A DNA stretch of 46,578 nt, from contig PWVE01000162.1 in NCBI GenBank assembly GCA_003562335.1, forward strand, positions 1 through 46,578. The letters are read 5' to 3'. Below are positions 1 to 8,792 of the stretch, in pieces. Position numbers and translations under genes: made by a program. The notes under the pieces were generated by a model. That model made no database searches. It saw nothing but the letters and a program-made list of their open reading frames with translations, and had not been told where the DNA came from. This DNA comes from PVC group bacterium (GTDB taxonomy: Bacteria > Verrucomicrobiota > Kiritimatiellia > SLAD01). Numbering within the stretch: position 1 is the stretch's first letter; each line of letters begins with the position of its first letter.

Positions 1-26
1 CCCGAGTCGGAGAGGCGGTGGCCTCC

Positions 27-47
27 TGAACACTGAACACTGAACAC
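27..47. repeat. perfect 3 x 7-bp tandem repeat (TGAACAC)3
   Basis: Read directly: TGAACAC at 27-33, 34-40 and 41-47, in the non-coding stretch 3' of the priA stop. Confidence 0.9.
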
Positions 48-127
48 TTGTACCACCCAGAACGTCGAGACATTCACAAACACCTATTGCCACCAATTAA
101 TTTCAAATATCTTTGGCTAGGCCTCTG

Positions 128-2365
128 TCAGGAAATAGCGTCCACATCCAAGGCATAGCGAACGTTTTTCGGCCATTTCAGGCTTTCCAAAACGGTGCGT
201 AACGGGCGGGTACACGCCATGGCCTGCGCGGCACGGAATACGCATTGAAAGCGGTATTCGCCTTTGGCCCGGGCCAAAGGCGCGGGAACAGGCCCGGCCG
301 CCAGGATATCCGACGGCAATTGCGGCCTGACCTCGGCCATGACACGCTGGCCCATCCGCTCCACGGCATCCACAGCGGGCCCGCGTAATAACAGGCAAAT
401 GTAATGCGTGAAGGGCGGATACCCCAGCTCGCGTCGATACTCGATTTCCTGATCATAAAACCCGTCATAATCCAAACGCCGCGCGGCTTGTATGGCCGGG
501 TGGAAAGGCGTGAACGTCTGTACCACCACCTCGCCCGACACATCGCCGCGCCCGGCCCGGCCCGCAACCTGGGTAAGCAGTTGGAACGTGCGCTCGCCTG
601 CCCGGAAATCGGGGCGGTGCAAGGCGGTGTCGGCGTTGATCACCCCCACCAAAGTGACGTTGGGAAAATCCAGCCCTTTAGCAATCATTTGGGTGCCGAG
701 CAGAATATCGATCTCGCCCTGACGAAAGGCACCCAGCAATTCAGCGTAAGCCTCCTTGCGGGTGGTGGTATCGGCGTCCATCCGCTTGATGCGCGCGCGG
801 GGAAAGACCGCGGCCACCACTTCCTCGACCCGTTGTGTCCCAAGCCCGGCATAACGGAAGGCCGGATCGCGACACTCCGGTGCAGGACAACGGGCGGGCA
901 CCTTTTCCGCCGCCCCGCAAATATGGCACCGCAATTGGTGCGTGGCTTTATGATACGTCAGAGCCACGCTACAGGCACTGCATTCCGCCACATACCCGCA
1001 CTTGGGACAAACCAGCGAGGTGGCAAACCCGCGCCGGTTCAAGAAAAGGATGGTTTGTTCGCCCCGATCCAATCGTAAACGGATGGCCTCGGTTAATTCG
1101 CGCGACAACACGTTCAGGCGCCCTTCCCGTTCCACTTCCACGCGCATATCAACCACCTTGAGGACCGGCATGTCGCGATGATCCACCCGGGCGGGTAACC
1201 GGGCTTGCCCGTACTTGCCGATCTGGGCGTTGTGAATCGATTCCAACGCCGGCGTGGCGGAACCCAGCACCACCGCACACGATTCCATGCGCCCGCGCAA
1301 TACCGCCATGTCGCGCGCGTGATAGCGCGGGGCCTCCTCCTGCTTGTAGGTCGGCTCGTGTTCCTCGTCCACCACGATCATACCCAGCTTGGTCACCGGC
1401 GCGAACAAGGCCGAGCGCGCGCCGATCGCAATCCGGGCGCGCCCGGTGCGGACCCGGTGCCACTCGTCGTGCCGTTCGCCACCTGATAAATGACTATGCA
1501 ACACAGCCACCACATCGCCGAACCGGGCCCGGAACCGCTCGACCGTTTGCGGGGTCAGCGCAATCTCGGGAACCAGCACGATGGCGCCTTGCCCCCGGTC
1601 GATGACCGTTTGCAGTGCCTGTAAATAGACTTCCGTCTTACCGCTACCGGTAACGCCGAACAACAGCACCACCGGCGGGTCGAGGGTGGCAATGGATTGT
1701 CGGATCAATTCCAAGGCCTTGGCCTGCTGCGGCATCAAGGGCAAGGGCGTGGTGGGGACCACGGTATAACGTTCGAACGGGCTGCGATCGACGGCGCGCT
1801 GGTCCAGCTCCACCCAGCCTTTCTTTTCCATGGCCCGCAAGGTGGCCAGGGTGGCACCGGTAAGGGTCGTCAAACGGGGTAACGGCATCACCGGTTCGCG
1901 CTGCAAGGCGATCAACACCGCCGCCTGTTTGGGCGCGCGTCGCTGACATTCGGCAAGGCATGTGTCCACGGATTCGTTCACCGTAGAGGTGACGTGCCAC
2001 ACCTGTTTAAACGCGCGCTCGGGACGCCGCACCACGCTGGGCAGCACCGTCCGCACCGCTTGTTCCAGCGGACACCCGTAATAGGCCGCCATCCAACGGG
2101 CCAGCTTGACGATGGTAGGCGTGATGAGCGGATGCGCCCCCACTACGCGCTTGATGGGTTTCAGTTTGGTGTGGGTCGATTGCGGTTCAAGGCCGACCAC
2201 ATAGCCGGTCAGCGTGCGGGGGCCGAACGGCACCACCACCTGAGAGCCGATCTGTACCTGGCCCAGCAGGGCGGCGGGGATTTGGTAGTCGAATTCTTTA
2301 TCCAGCGCAATTTCGACGATCACGCGGGCGATCGAATGCCCTTGATCGGCGGCAACCTCATTCAC
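128..2365 (-). CDS. priA: primosomal protein N' (PriA replication-restart helicase)
   Basis: 745-aa ORF. Walker A is [10 protein letters not shown] and the DEAH-like box is [14 protein letters not shown]. Cys-rich zinc module [32 protein letters not shown]. The start at 2365 is GTG and overlaps the upstream gene's stop by 8 nt; a later GTG start is possible. Confidence 0.93.
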   Translation of the reverse strand: MNEVAADQGHSIARVIVEIALDKEFDYQIPAALLGQVQIGSQVVVPFGPRTLTGYVVGLEPQSTHTKLKPIKRVVGAHPLITPTIVKLARWMAAYYGCPLEQAVRTVLPSVVRRPERAFKQVWHVTSTVNESVDTCLAECQRRAPKQAAVLIALQREPVMPLPRLTTLTGATLATLRAMEKKGWVELDQRAVDRSPFERYTVVPTTPLPLMPQQAKALELIRQSIATLDPPVVLLFGVTGSGKTEVYLQALQTVIDRGQGAIVLVPEIALTPQTVERFRARFGDVVAVLHSHLSGGERHDEWHRVRTGRARIAIGARSALFAPVTKLGMIVVDEEHEPTYKQEEAPRYHARDMAVLRGRMESCAVVLGSATPALESIHNAQIGKYGQARLPARVDHRDMPVLKVVDMRVEVEREGRLNVLSRELTEAIRLRLDRGEQTILFLNRRGFATSLVCPKCGYVAECSACSVALTYHKATHQLRCHICGAAEKVPARCPAPECRDPAFRYAGLGTQRVEEVVAAVFPRARIKRMDADTTTRKEAYAELLGAFRQGEIDILLGTQMIAKGLDFPNVTLVGVINADTALHRPDFRAGERTFQLLTQVAGRAGRGDVSGEVVVQTFTPFHPAIQAARRLDYDGFYDQEIEYRRELGYPPFTHYICLLLRGPAVDAVERMGQRVMAEVRPQLPSDILAAGPVPAPLARAKGEYRFQCVFRAAQAMACTRPLRTVLESLKWPKNVRYALDVDAIS

Positions 2366-2774
2366 CGATGACCTTGATCAGCGCACGCTTCTTGCGCTTA
2401 CCGTCCAGCTCATAGTAGAAGATTTGTTCCCACGGTCCAAAATCAAGTTTACCCTCGGTGATCGCCACCACCACTTCGCGCCCCATAATCGTGCGTTTCA
2501 AATGGGCATCGGCGTTGTCCTCGAACCCGTTATGCGCATATTGGTCATAGGGTTTCTCCGGAGCCAGTTTTTCCAGCCAGCGCTCGTAGTCGCTATGCAG
2601 TCCGCGCTCGTCATCGTTGATGAACACGCTGGCGGTGATATGCATCGCATTCACCAGTACCATCCCTTCCCGCACCCCGCTGGCGTCCACCGCCGCCTGC
2701 ACCTCTTCACTGATATTGACCAGGCCACGCCGCTGGGGGACGTTAAACCATAATTCCTTGCGGTACGATTTCAT
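2358..2774 (-). CDS. YjbQ/UPF0047 family protein (secondary thiamine-phosphate synthase-like)
   Basis: 138-aa ORF with a family-typical N-terminus (…[27 protein letters not shown]…). A GGAGGAAG Shine-Dalgarno lies upstream of the ATG. Confidence 0.8.
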   Translation of the reverse strand: MKSYRKELWFNVPQRRGLVNISEEVQAAVDASGVREGMVLVNAMHITASVFINDDERGLHSDYERWLEKLAPEKPYDQYAHNGFEDNADAHLKRTIMGREVVVAITEGKLDFGPWEQIFYYELDGKRKKRALIKVIGE

Positions 2775-2835
2775 TGTGCTTCCTCCGTCTCTTCATCTTC
2801 GCTTACATCGTACATTTCGTTGTCGTATACGCGCT

Positions 2836-3114
2836 TTATTCTTGGCCATGATCATTCCTGTCCGTCGAATGCAAGGCATCGAGTATACTTTTTTTACTTT
2901 CAGGTGGCAGGCGCAGGTCGTCCGGCGGAGTATCTTGCTGTTCGTGTTGCAGATAGTGGCGGGTGGCGTCCTGCATAAGCATCAGAAAGCGGTTGAACGG
3001 GCCGCAGACGATGCAACAAAACACATGTAGGCGTAAGCCGATGCGCTGACGTAGCGGTAGCTCCCAGTATTTTTTGTCGGCCAATGCCTTTGAGACTTGT
3101 TTACACCGCAGCAT
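2836..3114 (-). CDS. small soluble anti-sigma factor, ZAS-type
   Basis: 92-aa ORF that overlaps the stop of the upstream ECF sigma gene by 14 nt. It carries an H30-x3-C34-x2-C37 motif (LHVFCCIVC) plus an N-terminal Cys4. No transmembrane segment is visible. Confidence 0.6.
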   Translation of the reverse strand: MLRCKQVSKALADKKYWELPLRQRIGLRLHVFCCIVCGPFNRFLMLMQDATRHYLQHEQQDTPPDDLRLPPESKKSILDALHSTDRNDHGQE

Positions 3115-3745
3115 GTGCTTCTCTCTTGCCCGTGTTCTTGTTCAACCAATTCTTTTCCAGACACGTCTTCAGGTTGTTGCGTGCCCGGTACAAGATCACC
3201 CACAGATAGGTCGGCTCCACCCCCAGCTCCTTACAAACCTCCTCGGTGGAAAGGCCTTCCAGTTCTTTCAGGGAAAAGGCGATATTCATTTTGCGGTCCA
3301 GTTTTGACACACAACCCGAGAAAACGTCCCAGAACTCTTTCTGTTCAAAGACGCGACGCGGGTTGAAATGCCATTTGGGCGGTTGCCAATGGGGAATGCC
3401 GGTTTCCTTGAACAGGAACGTTTCCTCGAACCCCTCCGGTTGCAGATCGTCCATTTTAACCTCGCGCGCCGCCTTGCGCAGGTGATCGATCAGTTTATGG
3501 CGCAGGATACCCATTAGCCAGGACCGTTCCGAGGCGCGGCCTTGATAGCGTTCGCGCGCTTTCATGGCGGCCAGAAAGGATTCCTGCACAATATCCTGGG
3601 CCACGGCATGGTCTTTCAGCCGCACATAGGCATAGCGATACATGATATCGCCATGCTCTTCCACCCAACGATCAGGATCTATAGTTTTATCATTACTCAC
3701 ACCCCTCCTCGCTAACCCACGGCCGACAGATTGCCCGTCCACCAA
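3101..3745 (-). CDS. ECF-type RNA polymerase sigma-70 family factor
   Basis: Region 2-like sequence YRYAYVRLKDHAVAQDIVQESFLAAMKARERY and region 4-like sequence LKELEGLSTEEVCKELGVEPTYLWVILYRARNNLK. The track start at 3745 is TTG. A GTG at 3700 preceded by AGGAGG is a more likely start. Confidence 0.85.
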   Translation of the reverse strand: MVDGQSVGRGLARRGVSNDKTIDPDRWVEEHGDIMYRYAYVRLKDHAVAQDIVQESFLAAMKARERYQGRASERSWLMGILRHKLIDHLRKAAREVKMDDLQPEGFEETFLFKETGIPHWQPPKWHFNPRRVFEQKEFWDVFSGCVSKLDRKMNIAFSLKELEGLSTEEVCKELGVEPTYLWVILYRARNNLKTCLEKNWLNKNTGKREAHAAV

Positions 3746-3786
3746 TGAGGGCCAAGGCTAACCAGTCCGCGCCGCAGCGTCAAGAA

Positions 3787-3829
3787 CAGTCAACAGCCAG
3801 CAAGTCAGTAAGCAGTAGTCAGTAATCCG
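3787..3829. repeat. degenerate heptad array (CAGTCAA CAGCCAG CAAGTCAG TAAGCAG TAGTCAG TAATCCG)
   Basis: Read directly. Period-7 units end in CAG and contain GCAGTA/GTCAGTA. The array lies in the divergent intergenic region between the sigma gene and the 4062 gene. Confidence 0.75.
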
Positions 3830-3862
3830 TTTTCCGGTACCACAGCTTCCGCATCCCGTCTT

Positions 3863-3897
3863 CCACTGCTTACTGCCCACTGCCTACTATTTACTGC
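3863..3897. repeat. 5 x 7-bp tandem array YYACTGC (CCACTGC TTACTGC CCACTGC CTACTAT TTACTGC), inverted relative to 3787-3829
   Basis: Read directly. ACTGCTTACTG (3865-3875) is the exact reverse complement of CAGTAAGCAGT (3806-3816). The match extends to 13 of 15 positions (3804-3818 versus 3863-3877). Confidence 0.85.
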
Positions 3898-4061
3898 CCC
3901 CTCTTCCCCTACACCGTCCTTCTATCCATAGCGGACGATCATAACGATTGAGTGCCCCCCCCTCACTGCCCGGTCCCCCCGGAAGCGCGCGTGTTTTTTG
4001 ATGACACCGCTTAAAGAACGAACTAGTATCGTATCGTCTTTACGAGCGAGAAAGATAACTT

Positions 4062-4448
4062 ATGCCTTACAAAATTGAGTCCAAACCACACTACCAACGC
4101 GTTGATATTTTTGGGGCGGCCACCAAGTGGGACGCCATCCAGGCTATTATGGAATTGCGCCAAAAGGATCCTTGCAAAGCCCAAGCCGACCTGTGGGTGA
4201 TAGATGAAGATGTGGTGGTCCCGCTGGCCGAGTTCGGGGAAGTGGCCGCTACCAGCACACAAGAACTGCCGGCCGATTTCCAAGGTGCGCCGACCGCGAT
4301 CGTGGTAAATAACCAATTGCACTACGAAATGGCCAAGCTGTACCGGGAACAAATGAACCCGGCACCGTTTACCATCGAAATCTTTCAAGACCTAGTGGCT
4401 GCGGAAGAGTGGCTCGCGCAGTACCAGACAACGGGTACCCCGTCATGA
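4062..4448 (+). CDS. hypothetical protein, possibly STAS/SpoIIAA-like
   Basis: 128-aa ORF with an ATG start. Its stop overlaps the next gene's start (ATGA at 4445-4448). The overall pattern and the C-terminal …FQDLVAAEEWL resemble STAS-like small domains; this is a weak recollection only. Confidence 0.6.
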   Translation: MPYKIESKPHYQRVDIFGAATKWDAIQAIMELRQKDPCKAQADLWVIDEDVVVPLAEFGEVAATSTQELPADFQGAPTAIVVNNQLHYEMAKLYREQMNPAPFTIEIFQDLVAAEEWLAQYQTTGTPS

Positions 4449-5293
4449 TCACCATTAACAAAGCCGTCGTCACCGCCGCCGCCCCGCGCCAGCGCACATT
4501 GCCCCTGCAAACCCTGGTGGATCGCGATGGCGCAACGAAATCGGCTTTGGTGATTATCCTCGAAGAAATTTTGGCGGCCGGCGTGCAGGAAATCGGCGTG
4601 GTCATCGCACCGGGCGACCAAGCCGCCTATGCGGATGCGGCCGGCGATTATGCCGGGCGCCTGACCTTTATTGAGCAGGCCGAGCCGCGCGGCTATGGAC
4701 ACGCCCTCTGGCAAGCCCGCGAATTCGTGGGGACGGAGCCCTTTTTACACTTGGTTAGTGACCACCTGTACGTGAGCGCGACGGAAAAAGGCTGCGCCCG
4801 CCAACTGGTGGAAACAGCCCGGGAAACGGCCTGCGCCATATCCGCCGTCCAAGCCACCCGCGAAAGCCAGATCGGACTGTACGGTACCATCGGCGGACGG
4901 CCGGTACCCGGCTTCACCAACCGCTACGACATCGAATGCGTACAGGAAAAACCTACGCCCACCCTGGCCGAACAAACGCTGGCCGTGCCTGGTATGCGGG
5001 CGGGCCACTATCTTTGTCTGTTCGGCATGCACGTACTGACCCCGCTCATTATGACCTTGCTGGAAGAGGAATGGGCCAAAACGGCCGCCGGCCAAAACTT
5101 GCAGCTTTCGCCCGCCCTTTCGCAGCTGGCCGCCCGTGAACAGTACCTGGCGGTCTTAATGCAAGGGCACCGCTACAACATCGGTCTGAAATACGGGCTG
5201 TTCATGGCCCAATGGGCGCTGGCCCTGTGCGGCGCAGACCGCGAAACCATTCTGGCCGACTTGGTGGAATTGCTGGCCACGCGTCCCGGATAA
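4445..5293 (+). CDS. GalU-like sugar-1-phosphate nucleotidyltransferase, divergent
   Basis: N-terminus MITINKAVVTAAAPRQRTLP…, then AEPRGYGHALWQAREFVG and a GalU-type EKP motif (CVQEKPTPTLAEQ…GHYLCLFGMHVL). I chose the internal ATG at 4445 because it overlaps the preceding stop. Confidence 0.75.
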   Translation: MITINKAVVTAAAPRQRTLPLQTLVDRDGATKSALVIILEEILAAGVQEIGVVIAPGDQAAYADAAGDYAGRLTFIEQAEPRGYGHALWQAREFVGTEPFLHLVSDHLYVSATEKGCARQLVETARETACAISAVQATRESQIGLYGTIGGRPVPGFTNRYDIECVQEKPTPTLAEQTLAVPGMRAGHYLCLFGMHVLTPLIMTLLEEEWAKTAAGQNLQLSPALSQLAAREQYLAVLMQGHRYNIGLKYGLFMAQWALALCGADRETILADLVELLATRPG

Positions 5294-5298
5294 TCCCG

Positions 5299-8200
5299 AT
5301 GCCGCTCGACCTCATCCAGTGCATCACCGCAGACGAGCACGACCTCCGTAACCAGTCGATCGACGCCCTCTGCCAAGCGGCCACCGGCGCCGAGCTGCTG
5401 GCGGAAACCGAGCGGCTGGACCAGTTCTGGCGGCGTAGCGATAACCTCTATGCGCGGGTCCGCGCCCTGTTCTTTCTCTACGCCATCCACCGCTTTCACC
5501 TGCCGCACCGACCGGAACAGGTGGCCGGCCGCGGCCGCACACCGTACGTCGGCTACCGCCATCTACTGGCCCGGCGTTTTGAAGAGGCCATCGACCACTT
5601 TCGCCATGCCGCCCGCCAGGACGGCTTGTCGGATAACCTCGCATCGGCGCTGGCGACCGCCTACCACTTGTTGGCCTTTCAAACCCTCGCCAATCAAGTG
5701 CGGCGCAGCGTCCGCTCGGTCGCCGGCAACCAATGGATGTTCCGGGTGGGCCATCCGTCCGATCATCCTTTGCGTCTGCGCCCTGAATTACGACAAACGG
5801 GTCCGGACCAGACCTACCCTTTGCTGCACGAAACCACCCCGGTACGCATGGACCTCTCGCACAGTGCCTGGAGCGATATCTTCTTTCTCGGCATGGATTA
5901 TCCCGAAGGCGCGCGCGTCCTGAACGTATCTATCGACCTCGGTGTGCGCGGTCGCGACCAAGCCCCGCGCCCACCGGTGGAAGCGTATCTGCGGGTGATT
6001 GACGAACCGGTCCTGCGCCTGACCAGTATTGATCTCGGTACCACAGCGGACGTACAACACTTGCATGAGGTCTTTGATTTTGCGCGGGACTATCTGGGCC
6101 TGCTCAAAGCCGCCGTCATCGCCGCCGGCCTGGTGCCGCCGGGCCTGGAAGGCGGGGAACAACCGCTACGCGATGTGCTGGAAAAGCTGGTGGGCAGCGG
6201 ACAGGGACTGGAACTGGTGAGCCAGGTCAACGACATTCCCAAAGGCTCGCGACTCGCGGTCTCCACCAACCTGCTGGCGGCCTTGATCGCGGTGGCGATG
6301 CGCGCTACCGGCCAGACAGCGTCGCTGACGGGACCGCTATCTGAATCCGAACGCCGATTGGTGGCGGCGCGCGCCATTTTGGGCGAGTGGTTGGCCGGTA
6401 GCGGCGGTGGCTGGCAGGATTCCGGCGGGGTCTGGCCGGGCATTAAGCTGATCCAAGGCGAACGCGCCCAACCCGGCGACCCGGAATACGGAATTAGCCG
6501 TGGTTGCCTGTTGCCGCGGCACACCTGGTTGGGCCACGACGCGGTCAGCCCGGCGGTCCGGGACCGGTTGCAACAGTCGTTGGTCCTCGTCCACGGCGGC
6601 ATGGCCCAGAATGTGGGCCCGATTCTCGAAATGGTCACCGAAAAGTATTTACTACGCACGGAACCCGAATGGACCGGGCGTCAACGCGCCATCGATTTGC
6701 TCGACACCATCCTGACGCACCTGCAACAAGGGGATATTCGCGCGTTAGGCGAGGCCACCACCGCCAACTTCTATGGTCCCATACAAACCATTATCCCGTG
6801 GGCCCACACGGCCTATACCGAATCCCTTATCCAAGCCATGCAACAGGCGTTCCACACCGATTTTTGGGGGTTCTGGATGTTGGGCGGCATGAGCGGCGGC
6901 GGTATGGGGTTCATGGTGGATCCCGCCCGCCAAACCGCCGCCAAGGACTTTCTGCAACAAACCATGACGCGCCTCAAAGGGGAACTGCAGCACGCGCTCC
7001 CGTTTGCAATGGACCCCGTGGTTTACGATTTCGCCATTAACGAAAACGGAACGCACGCCACGCTGCACAGCGGTCGCGACGCACTGTTCCCGCCCGCCTA
7101 CTACGCCATGATGGTGCCCCGCTGGCTACGCATGGATCCCCGCACACTCACTCGTACCCGGCGCGCGGAACTGCGGTATATTGGCGATATCAGCACCCGC
7201 CGTACCGACTTCAAAGGCTTGGTCAATCAACTGTTCGAACGCATGCTGCCCGACCGTGGCGCGGCGGATGACCGGCAGGAAAGCCTGCGCGAATTGATGC
7301 ACCGGGTGGGGTTCGATCCCGAACAACAGGAAGCCATCCGGCGCGACTTGCGGTCCGGCCTCTTGGGATTGGCCCAGAACCGGCTACCGGCCACCACCGT
7401 GATCGAGGACGTCGAGCCAACCGACGTCATCGACTGCCGCCAGCCGGCTGCGGCGGCGTTGGCCGAGTGCGGGTCCCAAGCGCTGCGCAACGGTGAAGTT
7501 GCCGTCATCACGTTGGCGGCCGGTACCGGCAGCCGCTGGACTCAAGGTGCCGGGGTCGTCAAAGCGCTGCATCCTTTTTGCAGCCTGCAGGGCCGTCACT
7601 GTAGTTTCATTGAAACCCATCTCGCCAAAAGCCGGCGGCAGGCACGCGCGGCGGGCACCGCCATCCCGCACATCTTTACCACCAGCTACCTGACCCACGA
7701 CCCCATTGCCGCCCACTTGGCGCGGGTCGAAAATCACGGATACGACGGTCCGCTCTACCTTTCACCGGGCCGGTCCGTCGGCGTCCGCATGATTCCCATG
7801 ATGCGTGATCTCCGCTTTCTATGGGAGGAAACCGCGCACCAGCAATTAGACGAGCAAGCGGAAAAAATGCGGGCCAGCGTGCAGGCGGCCTTACTGAACT
7901 GGGCACAGGAAAGCGGGGAAGGCCGTGACTACACCGATAACACGCCCTTGCAATGCCTGCATCCGGTCGGCCACTGGTACGAACCCGCCAACCTGCTGCG
8001 GAACGGCGTCCTGCGCGCGTTGCTGCAAGCGCGGCCACAATGCAAATGGCTGCTGCTGCACAACATCGACACCGTCGGGGCCGACCTCGACCCAGCCCTG
8101 CTCGGCCAACACATCACGTCCGGGGCCGCGTTAAGTTTTGAAGTCATCGCGCGCCGCATCGAAGACCTCGGCGGCGGGTTGGCGCGGGTGAACGGGCGAC

Positions 8201-8625
8201 CCCGCATCGTGGAAGGTCTCGCGTTACCCCGGGAAGACATCGAATTCCGGCTCTCCTTCTATAATAGCATGACCACCTGGATCGATCTGGACCAGTGGCT
8301 GGCCCTGTTCGGGCTGACCCGTGACCAGTTGGATGACGAAGCCACCGTCAGCGCCGCCATACGACAACTGGGTGCCACCATCCCCTCGTACATCACCATC
8401 AAAGACGTCAAAAAGCGCTGGGGCCACGGACACGAGGACGTGTTTCCCGTATCGCAATACGAAAAACTATGGAGCGACATGACCGCGCTGCCCGAAGCAA
8501 ATTGCCGTTTCCTCGTCGTACCGCGCCCACGCGGGCAACAACTCAAAGATCAAGCCCAACTCGACGGCTGGCTCCGCGACGGCTCCGCCGCCTGGGTCGA
8601 GGAACGGTGCGACTTCAACGACTAA
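5299..8625 (+). CDS. large multidomain protein: unknown N-terminal domain, GHMP-kinase-like (fucokinase-type) module, UDPGP-family pyrophosphorylase-like module
   Basis: ~1108 aa counted from the ATG at 5299, 5 nt after the previous stop. GHMP-like motifs are PKGSRLAVSTNLLAA, GGGWQDSGG and LGGMSGGGMGFMVDP. UDPGP-like motifs are VAVITLAAGTGSRW and LLLHNIDTVGADLDP. Confidence 0.8.
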   Translation: MPLDLIQCITADEHDLRNQSIDALCQAATGAELLAETERLDQFWRRSDNLYARVRALFFLYAIHRFHLPHRPEQVAGRGRTPYVGYRHLLARRFEEAIDHFRHAARQDGLSDNLASALATAYHLLAFQTLANQVRRSVRSVAGNQWMFRVGHPSDHPLRLRPELRQTGPDQTYPLLHETTPVRMDLSHSAWSDIFFLGMDYPEGARVLNVSIDLGVRGRDQAPRPPVEAYLRVIDEPVLRLTSIDLGTTADVQHLHEVFDFARDYLGLLKAAVIAAGLVPPGLEGGEQPLRDVLEKLVGSGQGLELVSQVNDIPKGSRLAVSTNLLAALIAVAMRATGQTASLTGPLSESERRLVAARAILGEWLAGSGGGWQDSGGVWPGIKLIQGERAQPGDPEYGISRGCLLPRHTWLGHDAVSPAVRDRLQQSLVLVHGGMAQNVGPILEMVTEKYLLRTEPEWTGRQRAIDLLDTILTHLQQGDIRALGEATTANFYGPIQTIIPWAHTAYTESLIQAMQQAFHTDFWGFWMLGGMSGGGMGFMVDPARQTAAKDFLQQTMTRLKGELQHALPFAMDPVVYDFAINENGTHATLHSGRDALFPPAYYAMMVPRWLRMDPRTLTRTRRAELRYIGDISTRRTDFKGLVNQLFERMLPDRGAADDRQESLRELMHRVGFDPEQQEAIRRDLRSGLLGLAQNRLPATTVIEDVEPTDVIDCRQPAAAALAECGSQALRNGEVAVITLAAGTGSRWTQGAGVVKALHPFCSLQGRHCSFIETHLAKSRRQARAAGTAIPHIFTTSYLTHDPIAAHLARVENHGYDGPLYLSPGRSVGVRMIPMMRDLRFLWEETAHQQLDEQAEKMRASVQAALLNWAQESGEGRDYTDNTPLQCLHPVGHWYEPANLLRNGVLRALLQARPQCKWLLLHNIDTVGADLDPALLGQHITSGAALSFEVIARRIEDLGGGLARVNGRPRIVEGLALPREDIEFRLSFYNSMTTWIDLDQWLALFGLTRDQLDDEATVSAAIRQLGATIPSYITIKDVKKRWGHGHEDVFPVSQYEKLWSDMTALPEANCRFLVVPRPRGQQLKDQAQLDGWLRDGSAAWVEERCDFND

Positions 8626-8792
8626 CCCGCATTTCTCACCAGCCATCTACTCCGAGCGCGGATAGCACGTCATATCGGGCACGCGACATGCGCGGCGACC
8701 TCAATGTATTTCAACACACCGCCACCCTGCGCCGCGCACCCGCTATGCCGCACGCTCCACGCTCTCGCTACGAAGTTGGTGAGAAATGCGGG
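8626..8792. mobile_element. MITE-like non-autonomous element (167 bp) with 16-bp perfect terminal inverted repeats
   Basis: CCCGCATTTCTCACCA (8626-8641) is the exact reverse complement of TGGTGAGAAATGCGGG (8777-8792). Both ends are flanked by CTAA (8622-8625 and 8793-8796), which looks like a 4-bp target-site duplication. There is no internal ORF. Confidence 0.55.

Noticed and set aside
3787-3897. A CRISPR-like or minisatellite array.
   Set aside because: The units are only 7 bp with no spacers and no cas genes, so this is not a CRISPR array. I reported it as heptad repeats only.
5212-5298. N-terminal extensions of track ORFs that use the longest possible start. These are 5212-5298, 21729-21887 (mfd), 40739-41119 (second glycosyltransferase), 35940-36023 (gspI), 39908-39943 (gspE), 25419-25454 (cysNC) and 27869-27907 (rhaB).
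   Set aside because: The extensions overlap the preceding gene out of frame and have Arg/Gly-rich composition. In the cases I checked (gspE, cysNC) they begin at a non-ATG codon. Internal ATG or GTG starts give stop/start overlaps or short gaps, and N-termini that match the families.
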